Shown: positions 6,972 to 16,618 of the stretch, one piece after another
How positions within the stretch are numbered: position 1 is the stretch's first letter
Layout: the number at the start of each line of letters is the position of its first letter
Source: a virus
Lineage: Duplodnaviria > Caudoviricetes
Virus record (IMG/VR): IMGVR_UViG_3300018080_000189
Location: 1 to 61,963 of that record
Strand: one strand, 5' to 3'
DNA: 61,963 nt
Program-made: the position numbers and the translations under genes
The notes under the pieces: generated by a model
Databases searched by the model: none
Told to the model about the DNA's origin: nothing
What the model saw: only the letters and a program-made list of their open reading frames with translations

Positions 6972-9520
6972 TATTTTAATTCTCCCCAGTTATTACCTAT
7001 ATTACAATCCACCGGCGTAGGCACACACAACTCAACCGCGTTCTCCATGGCTGATTGTATTACCACCGCCGCGTAATCTACAATCTCCTCTGACACTTCC
7101 GAGATAATCTCGTCGTGAATCTGAATCAATGGACGACATATATACCTACCGCCCTCTGATAGCTCCTCGTATATCGGTATGAGATCCCCCATCGCCTGCT
7201 TGATAATCTGCTGCGCCATCGATTGTATCGGAGCATTACTGGCCTGGCGCAGGCCCGCGTTCACTATCCTGGGTATGGCCGAATACACCTCTGGTACGAG
7301 TCGATACCGTCCAAAATAGTCTCGTACTAACCCGTCCTTTCTGGCCAATGCCTTCACCTGGTCCATGTAGTTATAGATATCTGGAAATACTCCATACCAA
7401 GCGGCTATTAGATCTTGGCACTCGCGTTCGGAATACACAATCCCATTCGACAACATCTGGTCTTGCAATCCCAATGCGCTCATACAATATATAACCCCAA
7501 ATCCAATTGATTTCGCTGGTCGTCGGTGTTTGTTCTTATCCACATCACTCACGGGTATCTTGAACATTCTCGCCGCTGTTTCTGAGTGGATATCGAGATC
7601 ATCCAAAAACATCTTTATCATGGTGCGGTCGTTAGCCATATGAGCAGTACACCGCATCTCTATCTGAGAGTAGTCGTTAGCCAGCAGCTTACATCCAGGG
7701 TTTGCTATAAACCCATAGCGGATCTGTTTACCCTCCTCGGATCGTGTAGGGATGTTCTGGAGATTGGGCTTAGACGACGCTAATCTCCCAGTAGTGGTGC
7801 GTGTCACACTGTATTTGGTATGTATGCGACCACTACTGTCTGCTCGTTCTGGTAGGGGTTTTAGGTACGTGGATTGGAGTTTACCTAACTCTCTCCAGCG
7901 GGTAATCTTGTTTATAATCGGGTGTTTGTCGCGCAGTAGGTCAAACGCTTTCACATCGGTAGAGTGGTTCTTGGTAGGTACCACTCCCAGAAGGTAGAGT
8001 GCCTCTGCGACCTGTTTGGGCGAGCCAGGATTAAGCCATGCATCGCTACCGAACATAGCATTGATATCCGCCTCGACATTCTGTTTCAATATCTCGTAGT
8101 CCCGATCTAGTTTCTGTAGGTGCTCCTGGTCTACCAATACCCCCTCACGCATCATTCTCGCCACCAGTGGAATCATTCTCATATCTCGGTTGAACGTATC
8201 CCAGAGATCCATCTCGGTAATCCTGCTCTTCAGTATGGGGTATATTTTATAGGTCGCCGCAGCGTCTGCACATGCGTATTGCAAAGCTGCACCAAAATCA
8301 ATATCTCTCAGCGACGCTTGCGGCATTGGTCCGAATATATCTTCTACTTGGGACCTCCCCCCGTTGTAATCCATCTTAGCCCAAGCGTCGGCAATATCGG
8401 CATCGGTACCGACTTTCTTGAGTAGACGTTGGATTTTCCTGCCTATGTTCTGGGGCTGTTTGAGTTTAGGGAACCCGCCGCGCCATTCGATAACCTGGTC
8501 TGGATCTGGGTAGTCCAGTAGTAATGCGTTGGTGAGGTATTCTATCGCGAGGTCTTGTTGCTTGTCGTGGATCATATCGGTGTATTTGTGCATATTCATG
8601 TTCAGTAGCCGGTATGATAGGGGTTTTAGTCCCAGTGGTAGGTCCTGAAGCAGGTACGCCATGACCATCGTGTCTTGCACTATCGCGGGCTTGACCCCGA
8701 TACTTTCAAGAACCCCCAGGTCAAATAGAGCATTGTGTACTATGGTTATGACGCCGGGACGATTGACCATCTCATTGAACTTCTTGAGATTGTCGTGATC
8801 ATCAGCCATAATAATACGGCTTGCATATCGGGCGCTGTCCAGACAATAAGTCAAACACCATGCACTTCCATCAGGGTTGGTTTCTGTATCGACAGCTACC
8901 ACCTCAGGGGCTTCTAAAGGGAAGTGGGCGAAATCCAGCGCATTGACCCTGGTGATCTCCCTAGTCAATCTCCTTGGCGGGATCTCGCCACGAATAACAC
9001 GCCCTAGTGCTTCGTAGTCTTGTCGTATGAGAGTCATCATTGATGTGGAGCGTAGTCCCGCCGCGGGATGGTAGATAGGTACTACAATCGGCCCCACACC
9101 CTCTACTTGGTAGGGTATTCCATGAGAGTATTCCATAGAGAGATCTTCCCCCAGAAACCATCGCGCAGAAAATCTCCCGATAGCTCCAATCACCTTGGGC
9201 CTATGCGTCTCCAGGTACGTATTGAGGAACTGCGAACACACCTCTATCTCGGCTGGTTTGGGGTCTCGATTACCAGGGGGCCGACACTGGACTATATTAC
9301 GGATATGGAACACCCACCGCGACAGTCCAGCGTTGGCCAGGTATTGGTCATGCTCTTTGCCGAAATCCCCGACAAAGGGCTGTCCCAATTCGGCTTCGCG
9401 TACACCAGGGGCCTCTCCGATAAGCGCGTAGTGTCGGTCGATATTTTCAGTCGGCGGCACATAGCAGTCGAGTCCGCCCCAGTGGCCATAGAGTGGGCAT
9501 TGTTTACAGATGTCTAGCAT
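6971..9520 (-). CDS. Family A DNA polymerase with N-terminal family-4 uracil-DNA glycosylase-like domain
   Basis: UDG: IGEAPG..E...G.PFVG, CRPPGNRDP, YHPAA; exonuclease: VDTET, HNALFD; polymerase: TTTGRLASSKPNLQNIP, DYSQIEMR, KSIGFGVIY, QIHDE. Confidence 0.95.
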   Translation of the reverse strand: MLDICKQCPLYGHWGGLDCYVPPTENIDRHYALIGEAPGVREAELGQPFVGDFGKEHDQYLANAGLSRWVFHIRNIVQCRPPGNRDPKPAEIEVCSQFLNTYLETHRPKVIGAIGRFSARWFLGEDLSMEYSHGIPYQVEGVGPIVVPIYHPAAGLRSTSMMTLIRQDYEALGRVIRGEIPPRRLTREITRVNALDFAHFPLEAPEVVAVDTETNPDGSAWCLTYCLDSARYASRIIMADDHDNLKKFNEMVNRPGVITIVHNALFDLGVLESIGVKPAIVQDTMVMAYLLQDLPLGLKPLSYRLLNMNMHKYTDMIHDKQQDLAIEYLTNALLLDYPDPDQVIEWRGGFPKLKQPQNIGRKIQRLLKKVGTDADIADAWAKMDYNGGRSQVEDIFGPMPQASLRDIDFGAALQYACADAAATYKIYPILKSRITEMDLWDTFNRDMRMIPLVARMMREGVLVDQEHLQKLDRDYEILKQNVEADINAMFGSDAWLNPGSPKQVAEALYLLGVVPTKNHSTDVKAFDLLRDKHPIINKITRWRELGKLQSTYLKPLPERADSSGRIHTKYSVTRTTTGRLASSKPNLQNIPTRSEEGKQIRYGFIANPGCKLLANDYSQIEMRCTAHMANDRTMIKMFLDDLDIHSETAARMFKIPVSDVDKNKHRRPAKSIGFGVIYCMSALGLQDQMLSNGIVYSERECQDLIAAWYGVFPDIYNYMDQVKALARKDGLVRDYFGRYRLVPEVYSAIPRIVNAGLRQASNAPIQSMAQQIIKQAMGDLIPIYEELSEGGRYICRPLIQIHDEIISEVSEEIVDYAAVVIQSAMENAVELCVPTPVDCNIGNNWGELK

Positions 9521-9750
9521 GATACTCCTTGATACTCAATGAGATAATCCAAAACCGCCGTCACTATACGCTGTGTTCGTACTCTTTCAAACTCCCTGCC
9601 CGACAGCCCCTCTAGGCGAGGTTCAGCAGGTCTCAGCAGTGTACCGACTGACTCTGCCGCATTATGGGCAACCAACATTATCGACGGCCACCCATCGTGG
9701 TCTTCTACCATATTACGCATATATTGTAGTATTAGTTTATCCAAGATCAT
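9514..9750 (-). CDS. Hypothetical protein
   Basis: Translationally coupled ORF. Confidence 0.5.
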   Translation of the reverse strand: MILDKLILQYMRNMVEDHDGWPSIMLVAHNAAESVGTLLRPAEPRLEGLSGREFERVRTQRIVTAVLDYLIEYQGVSC

Positions 9751-10315
9751 ACTCCTCTATACTCTTGGCACTGGCTATCTCGAATATCGATATCTCGGTT
9801 AGTGTATCCAGGACCTTGCGCAAGAACTTCAGCGTATTCGGCCCTGATCCATTATAGCGCATAATGGCTTTGTCGAGATCCCCATCCACCTCAATTAATT
9901 TCTCTATTAGTTTGCATATACCCACCATGACATTATACCTGAGTTCGTGTAGTTTGGATTTATCAATTGGTTTACCCAAACACGTCGGGTCATAGATCTG
10001 CATTAATCCTATCTCACCACAGGGGCCGACCGCCGACGGGTCATAATGGGATTCCACACACGCTAGGGCTGACACTACCTCGTATGGGATATTGGTAGCC
10101 TGGGATTCTGCTACTATAATAGTGGCGATCTCGTCGCGCAGAGCTTTCGGCAGGGCTGGGTTTTTCTTCTTGATGAACAGGCTCACTGACGAGACCTGAT
10201 ACGATACGCTGTTCTCATCGCAGTGGCCTATACACGCAAATAACACTAGGAATACGGTGATATATATAATGGTGAATATGGTCATGTTTTTTAATGTCGA
10301 TAGGTTTATCTTCAT
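9737..10315 (-). CDS. SLT-family lytic transglycosylase with N-terminal membrane anchor (candidate endolysin)
   Basis: VES catalytic Glu, AVGPCGEIGLMQI, RYNG; hydrophobic N-terminus. Confidence 0.85.
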   Translation of the reverse strand: MKINLSTLKNMTIFTIIYITVFLVLFACIGHCDENSVSYQVSSVSLFIKKKNPALPKALRDEIATIIVAESQATNIPYEVVSALACVESHYDPSAVGPCGEIGLMQIYDPTCLGKPIDKSKLHELRYNVMVGICKLIEKLIEVDGDLDKAIMRYNGSGPNTLKFLRKVLDTLTEISIFEIASAKSIEEYDLG

Positions 10316-10323
10316 TTGTTTAT

Positions 10324-10563
10324 CTATGCTCCTAATAAAATTATTGATAACATCATCACCACTGCCAAAAACAGCAGTGATGAATTCATATACAACCTGC
10401 CCTTACGCTGACGGATTTCGGCACGGTTTGTTAGTCTATTCAGAGAGAGGAAATCCCTCTGCATGGCGAATAGTAGATAGAGAAGCCAAAAATCCAGAAT
10501 ACCAATAGCTATGAGCATGTGCGCCCCCCTCCATAATAGTAAAAAGATTAGTAATTCCATCAT
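10324..10563 (-). CDS. Small membrane protein, possible holin
   Basis: Two hydrophobic segments; adjacent to the SLT gene. Confidence 0.35.
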   Translation of the reverse strand: MMELLIFLLLWRGAHMLIAIGILDFWLLYLLFAMQRDFLSLNRLTNRAEIRQRKGRLYMNSSLLFLAVVMMLSIILLGA

Positions 10564-11105
10564 TACTCCGACCTGTCAAACATAAAACAAGTTTTTGCGT
10601 GAGTAGTAATAATATCGCCCTCAGTATAGACTGCTAGTATCATACGCTGATCGGGAGTATATGCCTCTTGAGATATTCGTTTAAAGTAATCCGTCACTAT
10701 ATCAAGAGCTTTATCGGTATTCCCCCAGAGTGCTACTATATGTCTGCCGTCCAGGTTTCTGTTCTCATACACCATATAGATATGCGTAGCGTAGTCTGGG
10801 TCTATAGGTACTGTGACGTGGTACTTAAATGGTGATTTTAGGCGCATAGTGACTGAATAACCAGCTCGACCGATAGTGAATATCTTCTTGCAGGTCTTGC
10901 GCATGAGATCGGATTCTCCCATGAATATGATGAGTTTGTCTTCCCCTGCACACTCCTCTATTTGATCTTTGGTAGCCCTTACATGCTCAACCAATAATCT
11001 GGATTGCAGGAATTGCCCACAGAGATTCATGGATCTAAGTACTGACGACTCTGGTATGGTACTGTCTAGTGTACCTTTTACTACTATTATACTATCTTTG
11101 TGCAT
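10563..11105 (-). CDS. Hypothetical protein
   Basis: AAGGAGG RBS, 180 aa. Confidence 0.65.
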   Translation of the reverse strand: MHKDSIIVVKGTLDSTIPESSVLRSMNLCGQFLQSRLLVEHVRATKDQIEECAGEDKLIIFMGESDLMRKTCKKIFTIGRAGYSVTMRLKSPFKYHVTVPIDPDYATHIYMVYENRNLDGRHIVALWGNTDKALDIVTDYFKRISQEAYTPDQRMILAVYTEGDIITTHAKTCFMFDRSE

Positions 11106-11175
11106 TGTTTTATCCTCCTTAGTATTCTTATCGTCTCCCCACGCAAACCTCTTCGGTATTACCCCTCACAAACCT

Positions 11176-11775
11176 CTAACTTGTTGAATAATCATAATAA
11201 TATCTCAACTGCTCCATTAACTTCTCGTCTTTCTGCATTTGTTTCCATATAACCTTCTGGGCACTTTGCACTCCCTGGTACGTAATTCCCAGTTCGCGGC
11301 CTATTTCAGCCATAGACTTAATACCAAACCCATCTAGCCCATATAGGGATTTGAATATGTACTGTTTGCGTTCACTTAACGTATTGGTGAACTCCTTTAC
11401 TATGCTCGCTAATTCCTGCGCGTCTGAATTTTCACCAGTCTTCGGCTCCCCATGGATATCATATACGATATCGATATTGGTATAGTGAGGGTACTGTCTT
11501 AATCTATATCGTACTTGTCGATATAATCCCAGGAATATATACGATTTCAGGTTACTGATCTTGTCTAGGTTCAGCTTTTTGATTATTTTAATCAGTTCCT
11601 CATACGCTATCTGATACACATCTGACAGCTCCAGTCCCAATGACTCCATTCCCAGGTAATGCCTCCAGCCGTTCTCAGCTTGTTTATGTCCGCACATATA
11701 ACGGAATTTATACACAAGCGTAGTCACCAGGGGCCTACACTGATCAAATATCACCTGCTCGCTATCAGTCAGCAT
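11176..11775 (-). CDS. Sigma70-family-like factor
   Basis: Region 2 (DVYQIAYEELIK) and region 4 (LSERKQYIF...SMAEIGRELGITYQGV); start moved to MLTD. Confidence 0.75.
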   Translation of the reverse strand: MLTDSEQVIFDQCRPLVTTLVYKFRYMCGHKQAENGWRHYLGMESLGLELSDVYQIAYEELIKIIKKLNLDKISNLKSYIFLGLYRQVRYRLRQYPHYTNIDIVYDIHGEPKTGENSDAQELASIVKEFTNTLSERKQYIFKSLYGLDGFGIKSMAEIGRELGITYQGVQSAQKVIWKQMQKDEKLMEQLRYYYDYSTS

Positions 11776-12577
11776 AATTAATAGCCTCTCGTACCTCCTG
11801 CTCCTGCTCATCCAGATTATGCAGTACCGCGTCCACTATACCTCTGTATCTGGCATGGGACTTAGTAGAGTACTTAGTGTTATGCCTAATGCTTATGATC
11901 TCGTTATATTTCTCTTCTTGCTCTTCACTATAGATGGTAGGGAGATCCATAAACGATAAGAATTCTCTGAAATCCCTCAGATTGGTGATTTCGTGCATAT
12001 TTAGCCTGGCCGCTTTGCGGAAGGTGCCCACCCATAAATCCCAGTAGTGTTCCTTGCGCAGTTCCATTTCGAGTACGTGCCAGTACACCAGCTGGTAGTC
12101 TGACCAATCGCGCTTGGGTAGTTGGGACAGGTTAGTGTTATCCTCCGGGTCTAATAACCACCTACGACCGGCTTTAGTACGCACCGGAATATTACCCAGC
12201 GAGTACAGGGACCTAGCCGTGTCGCGCAAATCCCTCGACAATAGTATTATGTCGAAGTCAACCCCCAGCGCGTGCATGGGCTCGAAGAATCCCTTACATA
12301 TCATGTGGGAGGTTTCGATATAGGTATCGGTGTAGGTGTCAGTCATGGTCCTTAGTATAGCGGGCAGTTTGGTCTGTACTAACCACTTACGCGCTATATG
12401 TGGGTCGTGTCGCATCCTCCACCAGATATTATCCACAGGTGGCCACGGTTCATGTTCGGCATGTACCCCAGGCAGTAGTTGAAGCACTTCCGCTAGTAGT
12501 TTGGTGCCGGATCTCCCGGACGTGACGGTGAATATCAACCGTCGGTGGCGAAGACCGGCGAGTAATCTATTTATCAT
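11765..12577 (-). CDS. Sulfotransferase-like P-loop protein
   Basis: 5'-PSB-like TSGRSGTKLL, HEP, and 3'-PB-like LSRD....RS. Confidence 0.7.
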   Translation of the reverse strand: MINRLLAGLRHRRLIFTVTSGRSGTKLLAEVLQLLPGVHAEHEPWPPVDNIWWRMRHDPHIARKWLVQTKLPAILRTMTDTYTDTYIETSHMICKGFFEPMHALGVDFDIILLSRDLRDTARSLYSLGNIPVRTKAGRRWLLDPEDNTNLSQLPKRDWSDYQLVYWHVLEMELRKEHYWDLWVGTFRKAARLNMHEITNLRDFREFLSFMDLPTIYSEEQEEKYNEIISIRHNTKYSTKSHARYRGIVDAVLHNLDEQEQEVREAINYAD

Positions 12578-12836
12578 CGTCAGAATCCTCCCCTTCGTTA
12601 AACAACACAGATAAGCTAGCTAATATTTGTTTAGCTTCCTCATACTCTGTTTGAGTCTCTCTAAATTTTCTTGTTAGATGTACTAACCTGTGCTGCAACT
12701 CAATTAGCGGTCTCCGTAATTCTTTAGGTACAGTTAAATAATAGTCATAGCCACCAATTGCGCTTCCCTGTATTACTCTATCATCATCTAAACTTTCCGC
12801 CCATTCATACGTAAGTAAGTCTTTATTTATTTTCAT
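12567..12836 (-). CDS. Hypothetical protein
   Basis: Coupled ORF. Confidence 0.55.
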   Translation of the reverse strand: MKINKDLLTYEWAESLDDDRVIQGSAIGGYDYYLTVPKELRRPLIELQHRLVHLTRKFRETQTEYEEAKQILASLSVLFNEGEDSDDDK

Positions 12837-13557
12837 TGTTTTGTATCTCCTCTATGATTCGTTTTGCTAATATCTTACCTATCCCCGGTATGGCAGTCCA
12901 CTCTCTCGCGGTTGCGCTTACTACCTCGATAGCACTCCCGAAGTGCTTCGACACCTCGCGGGCTCTCTTATAACCAATACCGGACAATTGCGCTACCATT
13001 CTTTCGACAAACGTGGATTTGGTCACTGTCAATTGCGCATACGGTGTGTGCTTTAGTGTGTGGGATTTGTGAGCGTCCATGGGTTTTGAATTCCACCAGT
13101 GGTAGAGGTTAGTGATCCACTGGGCACTCTCCCTAGCGGTGCCGGTTTTCCATATATACACGCCCGCTAGGATCTGGAGAGTGTTGAGATACGACCAGAG
13201 TTCCTTGGCCATAAACCTTCTGGAGCCAAGGGTGACCGGATGCCAACTTTTATGTCGGGGGGTTTCCAGTATTCCGTCTCTGGGATTGGGCCTATATACC
13301 CCCTCGACCAGTAGGTATACCACATCGTATGAGTTAGTCAGGCCAGGGAGTTGATGCCCCGATAATCTCCCGGTAGTAAGAGAGGTCAAGAAATCATTTA
13401 ACCTCTTCCTCTCTATACCAATACTCACAGGCGCGTCGTCAACTCCCCGGCCCAGAAACGCAATATCGCCAAATTCCAGCCTAGTCAGTTTTGCACTATT
13501 CTTCGGCATCAGGGGGAGTAGATCCTTCGACCCCACTCGCTCGTCTAGGTAAATCAT
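12823..13557 (-). CDS. ERCC4/XPF-family nuclease with C-terminal HhH motifs
   Basis: GD...IERKRLNDF...GRL..Q; GIGYKRA and IPGIGKILA. Confidence 0.85.
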   Translation of the reverse strand: MIYLDERVGSKDLLPLMPKNSAKLTRLEFGDIAFLGRGVDDAPVSIGIERKRLNDFLTSLTTGRLSGHQLPGLTNSYDVVYLLVEGVYRPNPRDGILETPRHKSWHPVTLGSRRFMAKELWSYLNTLQILAGVYIWKTGTARESAQWITNLYHWWNSKPMDAHKSHTLKHTPYAQLTVTKSTFVERMVAQLSGIGYKRAREVSKHFGSAIEVVSATAREWTAIPGIGKILAKRIIEEIQNNENK

Positions 13558-13747
13558 CTAGTATGTCCTTTAGTTCGTTCATTTTCTTGGTCATTCTACG
13601 TAATAAAAATATAAGTCGATCCTGGGGGGATTTGAGTGGGAGCATTTCGAGTTCGAGTTCGCGCTGGTATTGACGTACTTGTGGGTTTTTATCCATGTAG
13701 TCGCTAAGGTTTTTTCGGGCTTGGTCTAATTCATCGCTCATATCCAA
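13496..13747 (-). CDS. Hypothetical protein
   Basis: Coupled ORF. Confidence 0.45.
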   Translation of the reverse strand: MDMSDELDQARKNLSDYMDKNPQVRQYQRELELEMLPLKSPQDRLIFLLRRMTKKMNELKDILDDLPRRASGVEGSTPPDAEE

Positions 13748-14454
13748 TCCTCCTCGCTGGTATTCGGGAATACCAATTGCGCCAGGTAAGGGAATCCGGT
13801 AAACTCATCCTCTAGCTCAACCTCACTACCACCCACTGACGAGTTTTGCCTACAATCCAGGATCTTCAACACAAATGGTCCGTCCAGACCATCTCTATAC
13901 ACCTCCAGGTTAGCCTGCACTAAAAACCCTGTGTTATTGAATCCTGCGCGTTCGTAGTTACCACTAAACGACTCGTTAACGTATTGTTTTTTGAGTTTGT
14001 GTAGTAGTATAATGTTTTTGTCATACGAATACCCTTCTCTCATCAGCGCCATGTATTCGGCATTCACAGGACCGTAATGGTATGGTTGTACTTGCGTGAG
14101 CTTACCAAACCTCGCCAGTCTGAGCAGCTCCCATGCCTCAGTTGCAGTGTCTATTATAATCGTGCGAGCCTGGGATTTAAGTGCGGCGTAGAAATCCGTT
14201 ACAAACCCAGTCCATAACTGTACGTATTTATCAGCGGTGTCGTTGCGTTTATAGCGGTACTCCTTCACGTAGATGTCCTTTAGGTATGTGTATTTTCCGA
14301 TAACGCCCTCCATCCCGTAATCGAGATTGAAAAATATAATCGGTCCGGGCGCTGAGAGAGCGAACGAGGTTTTCCCCTGTTTTTCTAGGCCCGATACTGC
14401 TGCGATAAGTCGTGGGACGACTTTATCGTCTGCTTTTTTGAATCCGTTTATCAT
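13738..14454 (-). CDS. P-loop ATPase, Sak4/AAA_24-like recombination protein
   Basis: Walker A GLEKQGKT, Walker B IIIDT; replication context. Confidence 0.75.
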   Translation of the reverse strand: MINGFKKADDKVVPRLIAAVSGLEKQGKTSFALSAPGPIIFFNLDYGMEGVIGKYTYLKDIYVKEYRYKRNDTADKYVQLWTGFVTDFYAALKSQARTIIIDTATEAWELLRLARFGKLTQVQPYHYGPVNAEYMALMREGYSYDKNIILLHKLKKQYVNESFSGNYERAGFNNTGFLVQANLEVYRDGLDGPFVLKILDCRQNSSVGGSEVELEDEFTGFPYLAQLVFPNTSEEDWI

Positions 14455-14910
14455 TTACGCCTCCTCTAATTCAATATATGAACTGCATTTTAACCTACAA
14501 TGATAAACTGTACTTTCTATCAAGTATGTCTCCCCTACTAGCAGCTCGTCACTATTGAAATAGTATCCTCCGCACCATCTCTCAGTGGATATAGCCATTA
14601 GTGTATTTGCACCTATCTTATGAAATATTTGCTTAACTGAATGAGTTTTATGATGAACACTGTACGAACTTCCCTCATTACAAACCTCTAATCGTAATAC
14701 TTTTCTTGATACATTATTCTCAGCCTTTACTAGAGCTGTCTTTAATTCTTTTATTGTGTTTTCTGATAATTCTAATTTCACTGTATTCCTCCTTTTACCA
14801 AATGCTAGAGATGCGTATCTCCAAGCGTTTACTAATTCGTTTCTTACGCTGTGATAATTTTTATCACAAAAATCTGGTATACCACCATCCGTCTTAGCCA
14901 CTATAGCCAT
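14455..14910 (-). CDS. Hypothetical protein
   Basis: 151-aa ORF. Confidence 0.6.
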   Translation of the reverse strand: MAIVAKTDGGIPDFCDKNYHSVRNELVNAWRYASLAFGKRRNTVKLELSENTIKELKTALVKAENNVSRKVLRLEVCNEGSSYSVHHKTHSVKQIFHKIGANTLMAISTERWCGGYYFNSDELLVGETYLIESTVYHCRLKCSSYIELEEA

Positions 14911-15440
14911 CCCCTATTTTTTGCATGATTTACTAACATATCCCAATTCTCCTGGACCTCTCTGTCGGTGAAATGGAACAGATAAGACCTATACAAGGGA
15001 CCTGATCCTCTATAATCCCCCATCAAATACAATACGTGAAACCTCACGACATTCACCCCCAGCATCTTACAATACCCCTTCACCTGCGTCATCCATTTCC
15101 ATACATTCTCAGGATGTGCATTCCGTATACTCTTCCATGTACATTTGTACTCATCCACTATACCGACATCGGAGTCGAATCCGTCTGGGCTACCCACAAT
15201 ACCGTCTAGCTCTACCTCTCCAGGTCGTGGGCTACAATGATCCGCGAGCGATCGCCCCAGAGTGTCCTCCCACAAAAACCCCACCTCGGCCCAGAGTGGA
15301 TTATTCATATCGGCAGTGGTGGATTTGGGGAAAAGCGTATTTTCTAGGTCGTTGTAGATAGTGGAGAGGTGGAGTCGGTCGAGAGAGCGGTCACCAGAGC
15401 CGGTAAGTGGGAATTCAGTATCTAGTTCTATAAATTCCAT
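14901..15440 (-). CDS. PD-(D/E)XK exonuclease
   Basis: GSPDG...VDEYK...QVKGY. Confidence 0.75.
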   Translation of the reverse strand: MEFIELDTEFPLTGSGDRSLDRLHLSTIYNDLENTLFPKSTTADMNNPLWAEVGFLWEDTLGRSLADHCSPRPGEVELDGIVGSPDGFDSDVGIVDEYKCTWKSIRNAHPENVWKWMTQVKGYCKMLGVNVVRFHVLYLMGDYRGSGPLYRSYLFHFTDREVQENWDMLVNHAKNRGWL

Positions 15441-15731
15441 TTAGTGCGCCCTCTCTGTTACTGTATGTTCCGCTTTCACCACATCGGCTGGAGTGACACT
15501 CTGAGTATAATATCTCAACAATGCTTCTTTTATAGCGCATCCTAGAGGGCATTTTTCGTTATCCAAGGCTTCTTTTATATCCGTATGGCTTGGGAATGTA
15601 AGCAAGCACGCCGTCACTATTTCGTACTCACCAGCATTGGACCAGTCTGTCTTAGTTCGTTTTCTGCAAATCTCGCATATTTTATAAGATCGTTTGCTAC
15701 GTATTTCTTTAATTTTTTCTTCAATATACAT
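15441..15731 (-). CDS. Cys-rich hypothetical protein
   Basis: CEIC, CPLGC. Confidence 0.55.
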   Translation of the reverse strand: MYIEEKIKEIRSKRSYKICEICRKRTKTDWSNAGEYEIVTACLLTFPSHTDIKEALDNEKCPLGCAIKEALLRYYTQSVTPADVVKAEHTVTERAH

Positions 15732-15734
15732 TGT

Positions 15735-15977
15735 TTACTCCTCCTCAAAATAATCAATAGGATCACTCACGCCCAATACAGTGCCCAATGCCACTACCTT
15801 AGGCGCATTGAACTTAGTGATCGGTTTATCCATCATCCAAGCGCACATATCCGAACCCTTAATATCAGCCTGCTTCAGTACGTCTTTGCGTTTCATTCCG
15901 ATACTGACCATCACCTTCATGTCACCTATCGTATAGTTCTTGGTTTTGTGGTTTGGCTTATCCCCGAATCTATTCAT
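15735..15977 (-). CDS. Possible HTH-like protein (start uncertain)
   Basis: C-terminal ALGTVLGVSDPIDYF resembles the end of an XRE HTH. Confidence 0.4.
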   Translation of the reverse strand: MNRFGDKPNHKTKNYTIGDMKVMVSIGMKRKDVLKQADIKGSDMCAWMMDKPITKFNAPKVVALGTVLGVSDPIDYFEEE

Positions 15978-16362
15978 GCGCTTGATGTTGATCGCGGTCC
16001 GGCGGGATAGTCTTTCCACTGCTAGTTTCATTGAGGTGCTTAATAGCATTCTTGTAGAAGTCATTTATAAACTCCTTAAATGATTTATATTTTGTTTTAA
16101 TTTTTTCTTTATAGCCAAGCTTGACAGGATCTATAAACTCAAAATCAATCAATCTCTTGCGGTCGTCTGTCTCAGGCCTTCCATGTAAGGCAAGGAATTC
16201 GTGTACTCCACATTGATACGCGTCTCTTATCCAAATACCTACGTCTGATTTATCTGCGTATAATTTGAGTTCAAAATCCTCTTTAGCCTCTTCTTCAGTT
16301 TTAAAGGGGCCATATCCGTTGCCACGATACTGATAAAAGAAGCCAATTTTAATTTTGCGCAT
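15970..16362 (-). CDS. Hypothetical protein
   Basis: ORF with GGAG RBS. Confidence 0.55.
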   Translation of the reverse strand: MRKIKIGFFYQYRGNGYGPFKTEEEAKEDFELKLYADKSDVGIWIRDAYQCGVHEFLALHGRPETDDRKRLIDFEFIDPVKLGYKEKIKTKYKSFKEFINDFYKNAIKHLNETSSGKTIPPDRDQHQAHE

Positions 16363-16618
16363 TTATATTCTCCCAATACAAGGGGGTGTAGGCCAATTCC
16401 CACACCCCCCAACAAAATCATCACTTATTATGTCCTATGTATGTTTAACTAATTGATTCCAGAAATGCTTACGCATCTCAGCATCTTCTGGCAGCTCTCT
16501 GTCATGCTTCTGGGCTATCGGGTTCTGCATTATCGACCTTAGCCAATTAGCTTCCCGTGCATTCATAATAAGCGTGACCTCGGTAGTTTGTTTCATTGTT
16601 GATTTCATATCAATACCT

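Noticed and set aside
14901-15440. Cas4-like nuclease and DinG helicase as a type IV CRISPR system
   Set aside because: No repeat-spacer array or Cas5/6/7-like genes seen, the nuclease lacks the Cas4 Cys cluster, and the context is replication.
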